DNA from: Podarcis melisellensis
Taxonomy: Eukaryota
Length of the DNA: 64,000 bases
Direction: 5' to 3' (one strand)
Assembly (NCBI GenBank): GCA_964234715.1
Contig: OZ174277.1
Below, in pieces: positions 48,985 to 61,413 of the stretch. The first letter of the stretch is position 1; the number at the start of each line of letters is the position of its first letter. The notes under the pieces were generated by a model. It did no database searches and was not told the origin of the DNA. It saw only the letters and a list, made by a program, of their open reading frames with translations. A program made the translations under genes and the position numbers.

Positions 48985-49112
48985 CTCAGTTGGTTAGAGT
49001 GTGCTGCTGAAAATGCCAAGGTCCCGGGGATTTGATCCCTGTATATTCCTGCATTGCAGTGGGTTGAACTGCATGAACCTCTGACTCCCTTCCAGCTCTA
49101 CAGTTCTATGAC
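48985..49112 (+). mobile_element. tRNA-derived SINE with CR1-like tail (Squam3-like)
   Basis: CTCAGTTGGTTAGAG head, CCTGCATTGCAG, CCCTTCCAGCTCTACAGTTCTATG tail. Confidence 0.7.
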
Positions 49113-49287
49113 CTAAGTCCTTCATCCAGTGCTTTTAAAGGGATATAATGATCTCTATGTTTCCTACAACCAGGCCCTGCTTTGTGTATAATTGTATTTG
49201 GTTTGTTGGTGCTTCAGGATTCTGCTTAGACAATTATTATCCATTTTCACCATGGGCTGCCTTGGTAGGAAGGGTAGGATATAAATA

Positions 49288-49288
49288 T

Positions 49289-49322
<34 letters not shown>

Positions 49323-49327
49323 TATAT
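49288..49327. repeat. (TA)n microsatellite ~90 nt upstream of an AGPAT4 exon
   Basis: Directly visible, one interruption. Confidence 0.9.
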
Positions 49328-49413
49328 GTTCTGAGGAATCAAGAATGGATGCTCTAACAAAACCTCTGGTTATGTTATAAATGTGTATTCATTGATTTGT
49401 TTGTTCGTTCCAG

Positions 49414-49583
49414 AATTGGTGATGTTGCTGGAATGGTGGTCGGGCACAACTTGTACACTATACACGGATCCCCAGAATTATGAAAAGTATGGGACAGAGA
49501 ATGCCATAGTAATCCTTAATCACAACTTTGAAATTGACTTTCTCTGTAGCTGGAACTTTTGCGAAAGATTTGGAGTCTTAGGG
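49414..49583 (+). CDS. AGPAT4: AGPAT4 coding exon with catalytic HX4D motif (NHNFEID)
   Basis: (Q)LVMLLEWWSGTTCTLYTDPQNYEKYGTENAIVILNHNFEIDFLCSWNFCERFGVLG. 170 nt; CAG/GTGAGT boundaries. Confidence 0.97.
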
Positions 49584-50220
49584 GTGAGTCTTGACTAGTA
49601 TTTCAATCAATTGCCCTTTACAGGAACTCTATGAAGCAAATTGGAGGTCACTTAGATTTCCGGTTGTTCCTTTGTGCATCTTCTTTTTTTAAATTGGCAC
49701 TTTTATAACTTTCCTTTTTATTGGCTTGGAAGAGTAGAACTAGCTGAAGAAGAGGATGAGCTCAATGTTGCATGGTGGTATATCAGTTTATGTGGGCCTG
49801 ATATATGTGTGTGTGTGTGTGTGTGTTTGTATCTCAAACCTACCAATCAGTTGTATACCATGGCCAGCTAAATGCTTGACAATCCCGTTTGAGTAATCTC
49901 AAGCAAGAAACAAAACCAAGATATTTATCCCCTTCTTCATAAGATGCCGTACTTGGTTGGTGGACTGTGAACAAGTTGCATATCCCTGCTTTGTAATAGT
50001 AATGATTAATTCAAAGCACAGCAACCAGGGTGTTGTCTGGCTGAGGGCATTTGGAGCACATTGCTGCAATGTTATTCCAGTGATGCTCTCTCCAAAGGGA
50101 TGCATGAATGTATATAAAAAAGTGTACAGGTGTCTCTTTAATTATCCCTCCTCATGTTATAGATATATTGCCTTTTATTTAAATAAACTATTCTCTTCTG
50201 CCTTTTCTTCTGTTTCTCAG

Positions 50221-50382
50221 AGTTCCAAAGTACTTGCAAAGAAAGAGCTTGCTTCTATGCCAATCATTGGCTGGATGTGGTACTTCCTTGAGATAGTTTT
50301 CTGCACGCGAAAGTGGGAGGAAGATCGGAAAAATGTCGTGCAAGCCCTACTCAATCTCCGGGATTATCCTGAAAACTTTTGG
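50221..50382 (+). CDS. AGPAT4: AGPAT4 coding exon
   Basis: SSKVLAKKELASMPIIGWMWYFLEIVFCTRKWEEDRKNVVQALLNLRDYPENFW. 162 nt; CAG/GTAAAC boundaries. Confidence 0.96.
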
Positions 50383-50405
50383 GTAAACCATTTGGCAGTA
50401 GAGTA

Positions 50406-50757
50406 AAGTAAAAGTAAAGGGACCCCTGACCATTAGGTCCAGTTGTGACCGACTCTGGGGTTGTGGCGCTCTTCTTGCTTTATTGGCCGAGGGAGCCGGC
50501 GTACAGCTTCCGGGTCATGTGGCCAGAATGACTAAGCCGCTTCTGGCGAACCAGAGCAGTGCACGGAAACGCCGTTTACCTTCCCGCCAGAGTGGTACCT
50601 ATTTATCCATTTGCACTTTGACGTGCTTTCAAACTGCTAGGTTGGCAGGAGCAGGGACCGAGCAACGGGAGCTCACCCCGTCACGGGGATTCGAACCGCC
50701 GACCTTCTGATCGGCAAGTCCTACGGTTTGTGGTTTTACCCACATCATCACCCGCGT
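50406..50757 (-). mobile_element. Sauria SINE
   Basis: Full body with B-box; TSD CAGTAGAGTA (50396-50405 and 50758-50767). Confidence 0.9.
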
Positions 50758-51357
50758 CAGTAGAGTAGAGAAAACATATTTTCAGGAGGCACAAAAACCA
50801 TTAATATGTAATAACTCTGAATTTGGAACATAAATACTCATTTACCCTTTTTCAAGGAACCCCTTCCACGTCAGCTGATTTGCCAAAGAACTCCAGCATC
50901 TTAGAGGCTTGTGTGGTTGTTCTAGGACAAGGGTGGCCAACAGGAGACCTGTGGGCTGTTATCTGGCCTGTACTTTAGCTTTCTCCAGTCCCCTCCACCA
51001 TTTTGGGCTGGCAAGCTGCCACTAAGCACTTGACAGGCACCACTCCAAGCAGAAAAAAGGTGAACTCTCATTTGCAGCTTAGAATGGTGCTTGTCAGGTG
51101 AGCAGCAGTCCTGATTTTTTTAGTTTGTTTTGCTTTGCTTTTTGGCTGTGCAGTGCAGCTGCCCAAGAGATTTTGCATAGGAAATGATCCTGGATGGATC
51201 AAAAGGAGCACGAGAGCATCCTATCAGAAGGAACATTTCCCATAAGGAAATGGAAGCCTGCTTTAGAGACCTCTTCAGTGACACCTTTGTGAAGGAGTGG
51301 AGCATGGTTCTCCTGTGCTCTTTTTCGTTTTTGGCTTGAAGTTAGACCCTTATGTTA

Positions 51358-51687
51358 GGGACGCGGGTGGCGTTGTGTGTTAAACCACAGAGCCTAGGGC
51401 TTGCCGATCAGAAGGTCAGCGGTTCAAATCCCCGCGACGGGGTGAGCTCCTGCCAACCTAGCAGTTTGAAAGCATGTCAAAGTACAAGTAGATAAATACC
51501 TTCTGGTGGGAAGGTAAATGGTGTTTCCATGCACTGCTCTGGTTCGCCAGAAGCGGCTTAGTCATGCTGGCGACATGATCCGGAAGCTGTACGCCGGCTC
51601 CCTTGGCCAATAAAGCGGGATGAGCACCGCAACCCCAGAGTCGGTCACGACTGGACCTAATGGTCAGGGGTCCCTTTACCTTTACCT
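51358..51687 (+). mobile_element. Sauria SINE
   Basis: GGGACGCGGGTGGCG head, (ACCTTT)n tail, TSD TTAGACCCTTRTGTTA. Confidence 0.9.
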
Positions 51688-52329
51688 TTAGACCCTTGTG
51701 TTATCCCTGGGGAGGTGGGCCATGTTGCCTGGGGAAGATCTGTTCCTCCAAAGTCACCCCTCTTTTACACAGTCCACATGAAGCATCTTCCAGTTCTCTT
51801 TGGCCTCACTTGAAGGGAGGGCTGAGCTCTAGAGATGAATGGGTGGGACTGGTACTTAATGGCATGTTCTGCTGTGATCTTGGGGGAGCTCCTTCCTACG
51901 AAGCTAGTATTTGCCTCTGGAAGCAGATACCCCCAGTGATACCGAGCTATTCTGTGGCCAGCTATTTAAGACAGATACCAGATTTGGCAGATAGTTGGAA
52001 AGAGCATTGTGGTATGCATAAGAGCCATGTGAGTCATCCATGCTTCCACACTCGTGCTGCGTAACGCACTTTGCAGCCTGATGCACCTTTCTTAGTGGCT
52101 AGGCTTTCTCCTAATGCCTTTGGAGACAGCTGCACTTTTGTGATTTATCTGAAATGCTGCATTAACATACTGCATCAGCAGTAGTCATCTGTTTTCATCT
52201 GTGTAAACTGTCCACTGGTATACAACAAAATGGAATGAATTCGTTGCAGGGTTTTGTTGTTGTTATTTCTTTAGTCGGTTTATCTTCCTTATCAAGCTCT
52301 TTGGTGGTATGTATATATTTCTCTTTCAG

Positions 52330-52483
52330 TTCCTGATTCACTGTGAAGGCACCAGGTTCACAGAGCAAAAACACAAAATCAGCATGCAGGTAGCTGAAGC
52401 CAAAGGCCTACCCAAGCTCAAATATCACCTGCTGCCACGGACAAAGGGATTTGCTGTCACCGTCCAGTGTTTGAGAAATGTAG
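52330..52483 (+). CDS. AGPAT4: AGPAT4 coding exon (EGTR and LLPRTKG acyltransferase blocks)
   Basis: FLIHCEGTRFTEQKHKISMQVAEAKGLPKLKYHLLPRTKGFAVTVQCLRNV. 154 nt; CAG/GTAAGG boundaries. Confidence 0.97.
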
Positions 52484-52716
52484 GTAAGGAATTGCACAAG
52501 GAAAAGTTTCCAATATATTATTTTGAAATCTTTTTTCAGAGTTATCTGCATACTGCAACTAAATAAGCGTCTAAACTAAAACAGAAGCAGCAGTTGCCAC
52601 TGGATCACATCAGCCACTAAATTAGACCAACAGTTTTTCTGCAAAAGCTTAATGGCAGTTCTGCTTACTCATGATAATTTACTCGTGATAATTTCAAAAT
52701 AACGCTACTTCCCTTC

Positions 52717-53169
52717 TGTTATGCCTATCAGTGTGGTTGCTCGAGAGTGGTCAGGCAAGGTCCCTCACGGGTCTTTTCAAAGGCTTTATTGTTGATGCAA
52801 AACATTTACAATGCAGAATGCCTCTGTTCCATGTCTTGCTCACTCACTAGCATAATCTGCGAGTGGGTGGTCCTTAAACTTTCCCCAGCAGAGTAGTTTT
52901 TTGACCCCCCAGCCAACGCCTCCCCTCTGTGCGAAAACCTACTGCGCAGGGAAGGCTTGGGTAAAGGGGGACCTCCCTCCTCCCCGCTTTGCTCAGGCAC
53001 TGTGTCCTGGCTCTTTCTTGCATCCTCAGAGCCCTGCAGCTCTTCCCCACTGGAGGCGGGACCTCCTTCCTCCGCTGAGGAAGTGCTGCTTCCCACGATC
53101 TTTGGGGGCTCTCTGTAATCCAGCTGCCTTTCCACCTCTCGCCACTGAGCTGATAGCAGTTCCCTGACA
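52717..53169 (-). mobile_element. Solo LTR (453 bp), probably Gypsy-like
   Basis: TGTTA...TGACA termini, perfect 5-bp TSD CCTTC (52712-52716 and 53170-53174), AATAAA on the - strand near 52786. Confidence 0.82.
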
Positions 53170-56154
53170 CCTTCCATCAGATCCCTTCTCCAAATGACTG
53201 CATTCTGACCATTGTATTTTGGCTTAATAACTGGAGATATGAACAAGACATGACTGCATATGAAGCTCCTTCATCCTTTCCTTTGCAGCTGGAGCAAACA
53301 AGCCTGGAAGTCTTCCATCAATCAGTTTCCCAAGTCAGGATATTAAATCATAGTTTGAGGTTGGCTCAATATTCTGGCTTGTTCTGAAGCTTGTTAACCA
53401 TGGCCTCCCAGGTCAAATGAACCAGGAATTGTAGTTAACAGAAGGCTTCCTGGTTTAATTACTAGGAGAGAGGAAAGAAAGAGTATGTTTGTTCATTGTG
53501 TGGTTTTTAAAGCTGAGACATGATCATCCAAATGAACCCATGGTCCCCATGACTTTTTTCTCTAGACAAGAGAAAATACTATGTATTAACAGTGAGAAAG
53601 TTATAGGTTACCTTTTTGGCTCAAAACAGTGTCAACTGTCAAGGGGATTTTAAAAATCTAAACTATTTGGGGGATGTTATTTTAAATTTTGATAATTTTG
53701 CAAAATTGATATGTTTTAACTTACTCTTGGGTTTTCTTTTTGTGATTTGCTTTGTAATGCAGAAAGGTGAACTACAGCTCCCATCCGCCCCAACAATCAT
53801 GGTCAATGGCCATGGATGATAGGATTTGTTTTTCAGCAACACCTGCCAGACCTCATAGCCAACTGAAAAGAAGCTCCATAATCCTTTGCCCCTTCCTTCC
53901 CTTTTGTCCTAATTTCAGTTTGGTTGTCCCAAATCTTTTTTTGCTTGCTGGCACAAAGGTACTGCATGAACTCTCCAGTTTACATTTCCTTGCTTTATGT
54001 GTTGTCCTTTAGCACAATATATGTGAGAAGCATTTTCCCAGCTAAATAGACTGCTATTAGATGCCCTGAGGTAATAGCATATAGCGTTATAGAGAAGCTT
54101 ATTGGTCCATCATTTCCTGACCTGTACTTTTCTTTTTTCTTTTTCTTTTTGGGATGTATATCTATATAGATTTCAATTTCTTTCAGAGCTCTCTGATTTG
54201 TTTTCTTTTTTAAAAAAAATCAAAGAGAAGAGGTGCTTAGGACTCTCTCCTGCCCTCATATTTATGCCATAGAACATCAAATGATTCAGTAGTTTTTGTT
54301 GGACAAGCAAAAATAAGCCCATTTTGGGTTGTAACATCAGTGTAGGGAGGGATATGTGTGGTTTTGCATTATTCGATTTCATACATATATACATACATTT
54401 TTTTGTACTGACCTATTTACAGTTGGTCTGAGCAAGATTGCTGTGAAAGGTAAATTACTCAAATTTTTTAGGAGTTTGGCTGCTCCTGGTGAGAAAATAT
54501 CAGCAATTTCCATCCTGAATGAAATGTTCAGTAAAAATCCAGATAGTCAAGAGTTAAAAGATCAATGACAAATAGGGCTGTGGAGTGTGGTGCCAGAATG
54601 ATATGAGCTGACAAGCTTAATTGTGGATCATTAGCTCTACTTACTTTCAGCCAAACAAGCACTACAGTTCTTTCCTTTCAGAGGACCATTTTAATTGGTG
54701 TATAAAGCTCTCTGCACTTTCCTTAGATCTCTAATTCAATTTGTCAGTTCATCTTGTATCGCGGACTTGCACACTACAGTTGTAGCAGTTACTGGCTTAC
54801 CCATCACTTCCAGAAAGTGAAAGCACAACCTCTAGAGGCCATTTTTCATCTTCATTTTACTCGCAGCAGTTTAGGTCTGCCGGAATTCTGGAGTGCAGTC
54901 CTTCCCCTACATTCACATGATCAGCCTTTGGAATGAGAGTGAGATTGTTAACTGAGTATGTGCTCTAAACAAGATGCCACCTTCTTTTCTTCCTATCTTC
55001 TGCCATTCTCCCAGGCAGGTGTATATGCCTGCAAAAGGGATGCAAGAAATAGCATGCTTCTTATTGCTAAAACAGTCTTTGAATTTGTTTGAAATGAACT
55101 GGAATATTGCCTGTCTTCTGACTCTGTAAGATTTTTGGACAACCAAATAGTTTAACTGAAAACCGGCTATTTATTATTTCAGGTTTTTATGCACCGTTTA
55201 ATCAGTAGCTTTTATAATAGCACAAAACAATAAAAACATATTAAAACCAAACAGGAACCTGTACATCACCGCAGGCTTTTAGCCTGCTGGAATTAGAGAG
55301 TCTGAATGTAGCCAGGAGTGGGCCTGTCTGATCTCAGTTTGGCAGAAGTTCCACCATTTTGAATACTAAGTATATTGCAGAAGAAGTGATAGGAAATCCC
55401 ATGTTTTCCCAGGATGCTCTCATGGAATGCTCTTGCCTCGCTCTGCGGGACAAGAACCTGGAAAACATATGTGTGTTTGTGCATGTGTATCTGGTGCACC
55501 TTAAGAGCTTGTGTGTGTGTGCGCGCGCATTTGTCAATAAATAACTATCCACCTTTTGCCTCCCTTGGCTTGGTGTGTGCAGGACATGGTGTGGCTGCTG
55601 TATCCATTGCACCTAGTTGCTGAGGTGCCCCCTCCACCCTCAGGAGGTTTGCAGGTGGTTGCATATGTTGTGTTAGGCACCAAGCCTTTCTCCTGTCTTC
55701 AGCCATCTGCTACTGCAGACGTCACACCACCCACTGGGTTGCCACTTCTTTAAAATGTCTCATGTGGCAGATCCAACATCCTGGAGAGCCGGATGTTGGT
55801 TTGCTCCAGCCATACTTACCATGTGCCTTCCTACAGCTCTCACACTCATTTGCTATGTGTAATTTGTGGTTCCGGATCTGTCCTTTTGATTGATTCGAGC
55901 TCTAATTTGTTTTTTGATAGGCAGCTCACTTTCTATCCTACCTCTGAGTGTCCTTCCCTATCAGTTGTTGTAGTATGTATTTTTAAAAGTAAATACATAA
56001 TAAACCACCGTCTCTGCCTATAGCAAGTGATTATTTTCCACTGTTGGATGGAGGCAGGGGACTTGTAAGTGATGCTCCCTGAGATAGCTCAGTAGTGCTA
56101 AAAATCATTCTGTGACAGCAATCATAGCGTGTGGTGTCTTCTCTTCCTCTGTAG

Positions 56155-56257
56155 TTTCAGCCGTGTATGATTCTACACTGAACTTTAGAAATAATGAGAA
56201 TCCAACTTTGCTGGGAGTTTTAAATGGGAAAAAATACCAAGCAGATTTATATGTAAG
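56155..56257 (+). CDS. AGPAT4: AGPAT4 coding exon (not in the ORF track)
   Basis: Manual translation (V)SAVYDSTLNFRNNENPTLLGVLNGKKYQADLYV(R). 103 nt; TAG/GTAAGT boundaries. Confidence 0.95.
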
Positions 56258-56486
56258 GTAAGTATATTCCCTTTGCTATTTCCTTCCTCAATATACTTAA
56301 CCCAAACAGTTGATTGTAAAAGTTTACCAGCTAATACATTTTGATGCACTCTTGACTCGATTGCATATGGCTTTAGATTGGAATTTGTACACATTTGCCC
56401 ACTTCTAATTTAATAATGGTTGGTTTTAATTATATAGCAAATGGTAGCAAGCGGTTTTCTCTTTCTCTCCTCTTTATCCTTTGTAG

Positions 56487-56562
56487 GCGGATTCCATTAG
56501 AGGAAATCCCAGAAGATGAGCAGGAATGTTCTAAATGGCTTCACAAACTCTATCAAGAGAAG
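56487..56562 (+). CDS. AGPAT4: AGPAT4 coding exon
   Basis: (R)RIPLEEIPEDEQECSKWLHKLYQEK. 76 nt; TAG/GTTGGT boundaries. Confidence 0.95.
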
Positions 56563-58685
56563 GTTGGTTTATTATTCAGCAGCTCTTCGGATGATAAAAG
56601 GCTCTACATGGATTTTCAGCCTCTTTGCAGACAGTCTCCTGCAGTAGTTGTGTTTCCTAATGCATTTTAAACAGCAGAAACTCTCTGCATCTGTGTTGGT
56701 GTAGCCAGTTGCAAAAGGAAGACAGGGCTCCTGCACCTTTAATGATGCAGAAGAAAGGATATCAGCAGCAAGCTACACCTGCTGAAATCCCCTCTTCTAC
56801 ACCACTATTAAAAGTTGGAGAAGCCCTGTTCTCTTTTGAATCTGGTCACCCTAATTTGTGTTTAGAAATCGAGGAGGCAAGGCAGGGGAGACACACCCAC
56901 CCACCCTTTGCAACAGAGCATAGGTCTGCTGCTTTCTTCCTGCTACTAGGACTTTAATTATTCTGCTCTGCCATGAACCATGCACAAGATAATGGAATGT
57001 AGTACCTTTAAAAAAAACACAACCCCAAAAAACCCCTTTCCCCATTTCAAATATACCATCCATTAGTTTGAATTAATCTGTATATTTGAACAATTGGCTG
57101 ATAGTTCTTCAAGCTGATTAGATATTGTTAAGCTATTGTTCTACGAAGAGAGGAATTGTAACTCTGAATCCACTCAAGCCCCTTTGAGTCCAGCTTCTTT
57201 GTTTTCAAAAGAAGCCAGCCTAATGCCTCTAGATGCTCACAAGTCTAGAATGATGTTGATGTTCTTCCCATGTAGTTTGTTCCCAATACCTGGAGGATGA
57301 GACATTATACTTGATTCTCAAATGTTTAACTTTCCCTGAACGTACAAATGAAGTCATATCTTCAAAATCCTCCATAATTTGCATATTCCTTCCGTGCCTT
57401 TTTGGAAGGAAAAAGACATACTTCTGGATTTTATTGATTTATATGCTTTATTAAGTGTTTTCGAACACTTCCAACAACACAAAATGATGATAACCAGGAA
57501 GGAAGGGGTGGGTAGGTTCTTGCTCACATAATAAAGGGGGGAAGCTGGCATGAGGTGGCCCAGTAGAAGGTTTTAAAACATGGAATATGTTCAAATTGTG
57601 ATCACTGTAATGGATAGAAATAAACATGCAATGTATTTCACCAGTGGTACATTAAAAAAAAGGAAGAGTCACTTTCTGGCAGAAACCCCCCCCCACACAC
57701 ACTAAATAAATGGAAAAGACAAATTTCCTTGTGAAGCTGAATCTAAGAAGAATGTATTATAGAGGTGCTGACAGACTTGATTAAATCTCTGGGTTATATC
57801 TCATTTCCTTGCTTCATCAAAACCAATTTGGAAACGAGGAATTTCTCATGGTTGGCAGCTAGAAATAACCCTCAGGCCTCTTATGTGTCTTTCCCCAAAA
57901 TACATATTATCTGATCTGAATAAACTAAAGTAACTTAAGAAGCAGAACTTCCCCAAATGGGTTGTTTTGTTCCCCAGAAATTTAAGCACATAAATCAATT
58001 CCCAAATTATTAAAATTAGAAAGTGGCACAAGGCTGCAGTAGGTGAAGGATTTGTTTATGTGTACTATTCCCCCCCCCAATATGTTTATTGCTTGGTTTG
58101 TAGAGCAACTAGAAACTAACTATGTTGATGTTGCAAAACGTTACACCAAGATCAGTTAATATTCTTCTCTTTTGATTATAAATCTCTTGGAGATAAGGGC
58201 TCATTAAAACTGCATTGTTGGTGACTGACAAACTAACAGCGGGAAACAGGCAAGCTTGTTTCCTCTGTGATATCCCTCCACAATGTCCACCAAGAGATCA
58301 GAGGCGATCAAACCTTCTGCAGGAGTCAATTGAAATCCAAAGGATGGTTATGTGCATGTCTATGTATCTGTTCCTTAGACTTCTGCTGCTCACCAAAGCA
58401 GTTTCTATAGCAGCAGCGTTTAAAACTGCACAGTATCTTGTTTATTAGTGGGATCCATTTCAGAGGAAAGGGAATTCAAAGCTTAGGTCACATGTGTGGT
58501 TCTCTCCCTGTGCACATATCATATCTTGGGTTCCTGTGCTAAGGTAGAAGTGAGTGACAGTGTGGCAAAAATAGTTACTAAGGTGAACAAGGAGATTTGC
58601 TATGCCTGATTGGAGACTTGGGGGGGATGGGCATGCTCTGGGCCCCTTGACATCTTCTCACTCTCTCCTCCTTTGCCCTAACCAG

Positions 58686-58884
58686 GATTCTTTTCAAGAG
58701 GAATACTACAGAACAGGAGCCTATCCTGGCACTCCCATAGTGCCACCCCGGCGGCCGTGGACTCTATTGAATTGGCTCTTCTGGGCCATATTGTTGCTAT
58801 ATCCTTTGTTCAAGCTGTTCATCAACATGATCAGCAGCGGCTCCTCGCTGACTCTGGCGATGTTTGCCTTTGTTTTCATTGCAG
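58686..58884 (+). CDS. AGPAT4: AGPAT4 penultimate coding exon; final exon not found in window
   Basis: DSFQEEYYRTGAYPGTPIVPPRRPWTLLNWLFWAILLLYPLFKLFINMISSGSSLTLAMFAFVFIA. 199 nt; CAG/GTGAGC boundaries. Confidence 0.96.
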
Positions 58885-61276
58885 GTGAGCTGTGGTTTGC
58901 AACCTTAAGGCTGCCTCTAGAAATAATATTTTGAGGAAATGGGTCCTTTTTCCATTCTGCCTTTAACTAATTTTCTTGAGCATTTGTTCATCAATTAGAT
59001 GTTTGCACGCGCACTGAGGTCTGATGGGGTGGGGGAGGAATTTTGTGTACCGGTTGCCCCCAGTAGACCACTCTAGAGGCAGTGCTGGAATTCAGCTGAG
59101 TGACATTTTGCTGTGCTATCACTGAAACTTAATCTTATTTCTCTCTCTCTCTCTGAATTAATATTGCTTTTTAAAGTCTGCAGAACTCAACTGAAAAGTA
59201 CCCGTGAGTAAAGACACTGAAGAACTTCTCATTTCTCTTCCAGTCAGGGAGCAAAATGGAAAGAAATGAACTGAAGCTAGCAAGTTTTCAAATGCACTTA
59301 CTTTTCCAACGATGAACTGGGCTAATCTTGTCTTTTTCTTTCCTTTCTGTGATGGTAAATAACCAATATATCAAACGTTTGGGCACATGGCTTCAGCTCA
59401 GGGTCTCCACTTGACGTTTCAATCCTGTCTGATAGTTAAGCTTCATATTTGCAAAAGAAAAGTAAGCTTTTAGAAAGGGTGATATGGGGAAAACGAATGT
59501 CAGGATTGTGCCTATTCTTTCGGAATTGAAGAGTCTCCGAATGGCTGAGTCGGTCCGAAGACTGTTAGCAGATGCTCATTATCAGATTCTGAATTCTTGC
59601 AATTTTGTATTGAGCTATATTAGCCAGTACCCTCCAAGTCTGCAGCATATAGTGAACAGGCTTCCTCATTCTGCACCACACCAGAATATTTGCTCATGAA
59701 ACTTGCTTCAGTTTTGTCAAACCAGAGGTTTCAGGACTGAAGAGCACCATGTCTTTCTATGCTAATGTGTTCAGGTAAGCCACCCAGCATAATTCAAAAG
59801 CATCCTGTGTGAAATCAGAGAATGTTTTCTCTTGCCTGTAATGAATTCTCTTTTTCAAGCTACCGTTCCCCCCTCTTACATTCTCTTGGTGTCCTGATCT
59901 AATCAGCTTATACAATATAAGAAAATAGTTGGTATTCTGTATTAAATCATAGTAGTAGTACTGCAACGTCTCGGGTATGACTGAGATGACCCTGAAGTTG
60001 TTGTTGTTGTTGCTGTTGTTGTTATATATTTCTTTATACCCCACCTTTTCCCCTAAAGGGACTTCTTGTTGGCAAGTGCTTGCTAGCCAGTCAGTGTATG
60101 AAGACCATGCTCTGTTTTGTGCTTGTGTTCAGATATGACTCATATGGCTCATCGATTAAACCCAGAGTTCATCTAGATTCAAGAGCTCTTGTTAACCGTA
60201 CCAGTCAGATTGCGTAGCTCGATTGGATTAACAGATTCAAAAACCAAGTGTAATGTAATATTTTTGGACTAGGAGAATACAGTGAGGAAGGGTTCGCCCT
60301 GTCTTTAACCATATAGTCTGGGTTCTAGAAGGCAGCAATGTAAATTATATATTTCATATAGTTTACACACAACTGAAACAAATGGCATCAGAGCAGCCCA
60401 AATTTTGTGCCAACTGCATACATTAAGCAAGACTATTTGGTTGGTTTGCAGTCCTCACTTTGCTCATAAAGTGTGTGGTTAGAGAACTCTGCAGCAAACA
60501 GGAACATTGGCTACTGGAAATCCATTCTCAAGCCTATCTTGCAATTGTAGCACATAGAAGCTTCCTTTTTTTTTAAGGGGGGGGAGAAACACCTGATACC
60601 AGTTGTTGGGTCTTACACAGAATATACACAGCCTTACTTTTAATTGCAGGTGCATGGATTGCGTGCTTTCTTCCTTACAAAAGCCTTCAAAATTGGCCCC
60701 AGTATTAACAGTTAGGACATAGAAAAATCAGAGGGGCAGGTAGATGTCGCTGCCTAAGACTGTGCAGAGGAACAGGGCGGAGAGACTTGCTGCCAGTCAG
60801 ATATGTGGCTGGGCACTATTTCTCCCCTGCCAGGATTGCACTGGTAGTGGTCATGGCAAATCATCTGCTGCAAGCAGAAAATGCAGCTTTGCACATTGTC
60901 TGCTCAGCCCACGATTGAATAACTAGGCAGTGTGGTGTCCTGACACATGTGCTTACGCAAAGCAATTTGGAGGATCCATTCAGTTAGCACGGGTGCGGTC
61001 TTATCTGGACTAAAAGGGGAAAGAACATTCAGGCAGACCAGTGAATCAACCCCATGTAGTATAAGGGGACTCCTTTTATATGGAGTGCTGTTTTGGTGGC
61101 ACGATTGTCATAATGACTGCAATAATTATAACCAAAGGTTTCACCTTTTTTCCCCCTTTTGAGATGGAAGCATCTCTTGTTATTTGTTGATTTTTAATCT
61201 TTTTATGTTTTTATTCAAGAATGCATCCACAGTGGTGTTTTCTTTTATTTTTTCAGGCTCCCAACAGTATTATGGT

Positions 61277-61413
61277 GCAGGATAGCTCAGCTGGTAGAGC
61301 ATGAGACTCTTAATCTCAGGCTGAAGGGTTCGAGCCCTATGCTGGGCAAAAATATTTCTGCATTTGCAGAGAGACCCTCATGGTCCCTTCCAACTTTACA
61401 AGTCTGTGATTCT
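61277..61413 (+). mobile_element. tRNA-derived SINE with CR1-like tail (Squam3-like)
   Basis: GATAGCTCAGCTGGTAGAGCATGAGACTCTTAATCTCAGG...GGTTCGAGCCC head; GGTCCCTTCCAACT tail. Confidence 0.75.

Noticed and set aside
52806-53246. 146-aa ORF on the - strand
   Set aside because: Lies within and overruns the solo LTR; low-complexity and no domain.
61277-61350. tRNA-Lys-like sequence
   Set aside because: Acceptor and T stems are imperfect and it runs into a CR1-like tail, so it is a SINE head rather than a tRNA gene. The same applies to 6381 and 10443.
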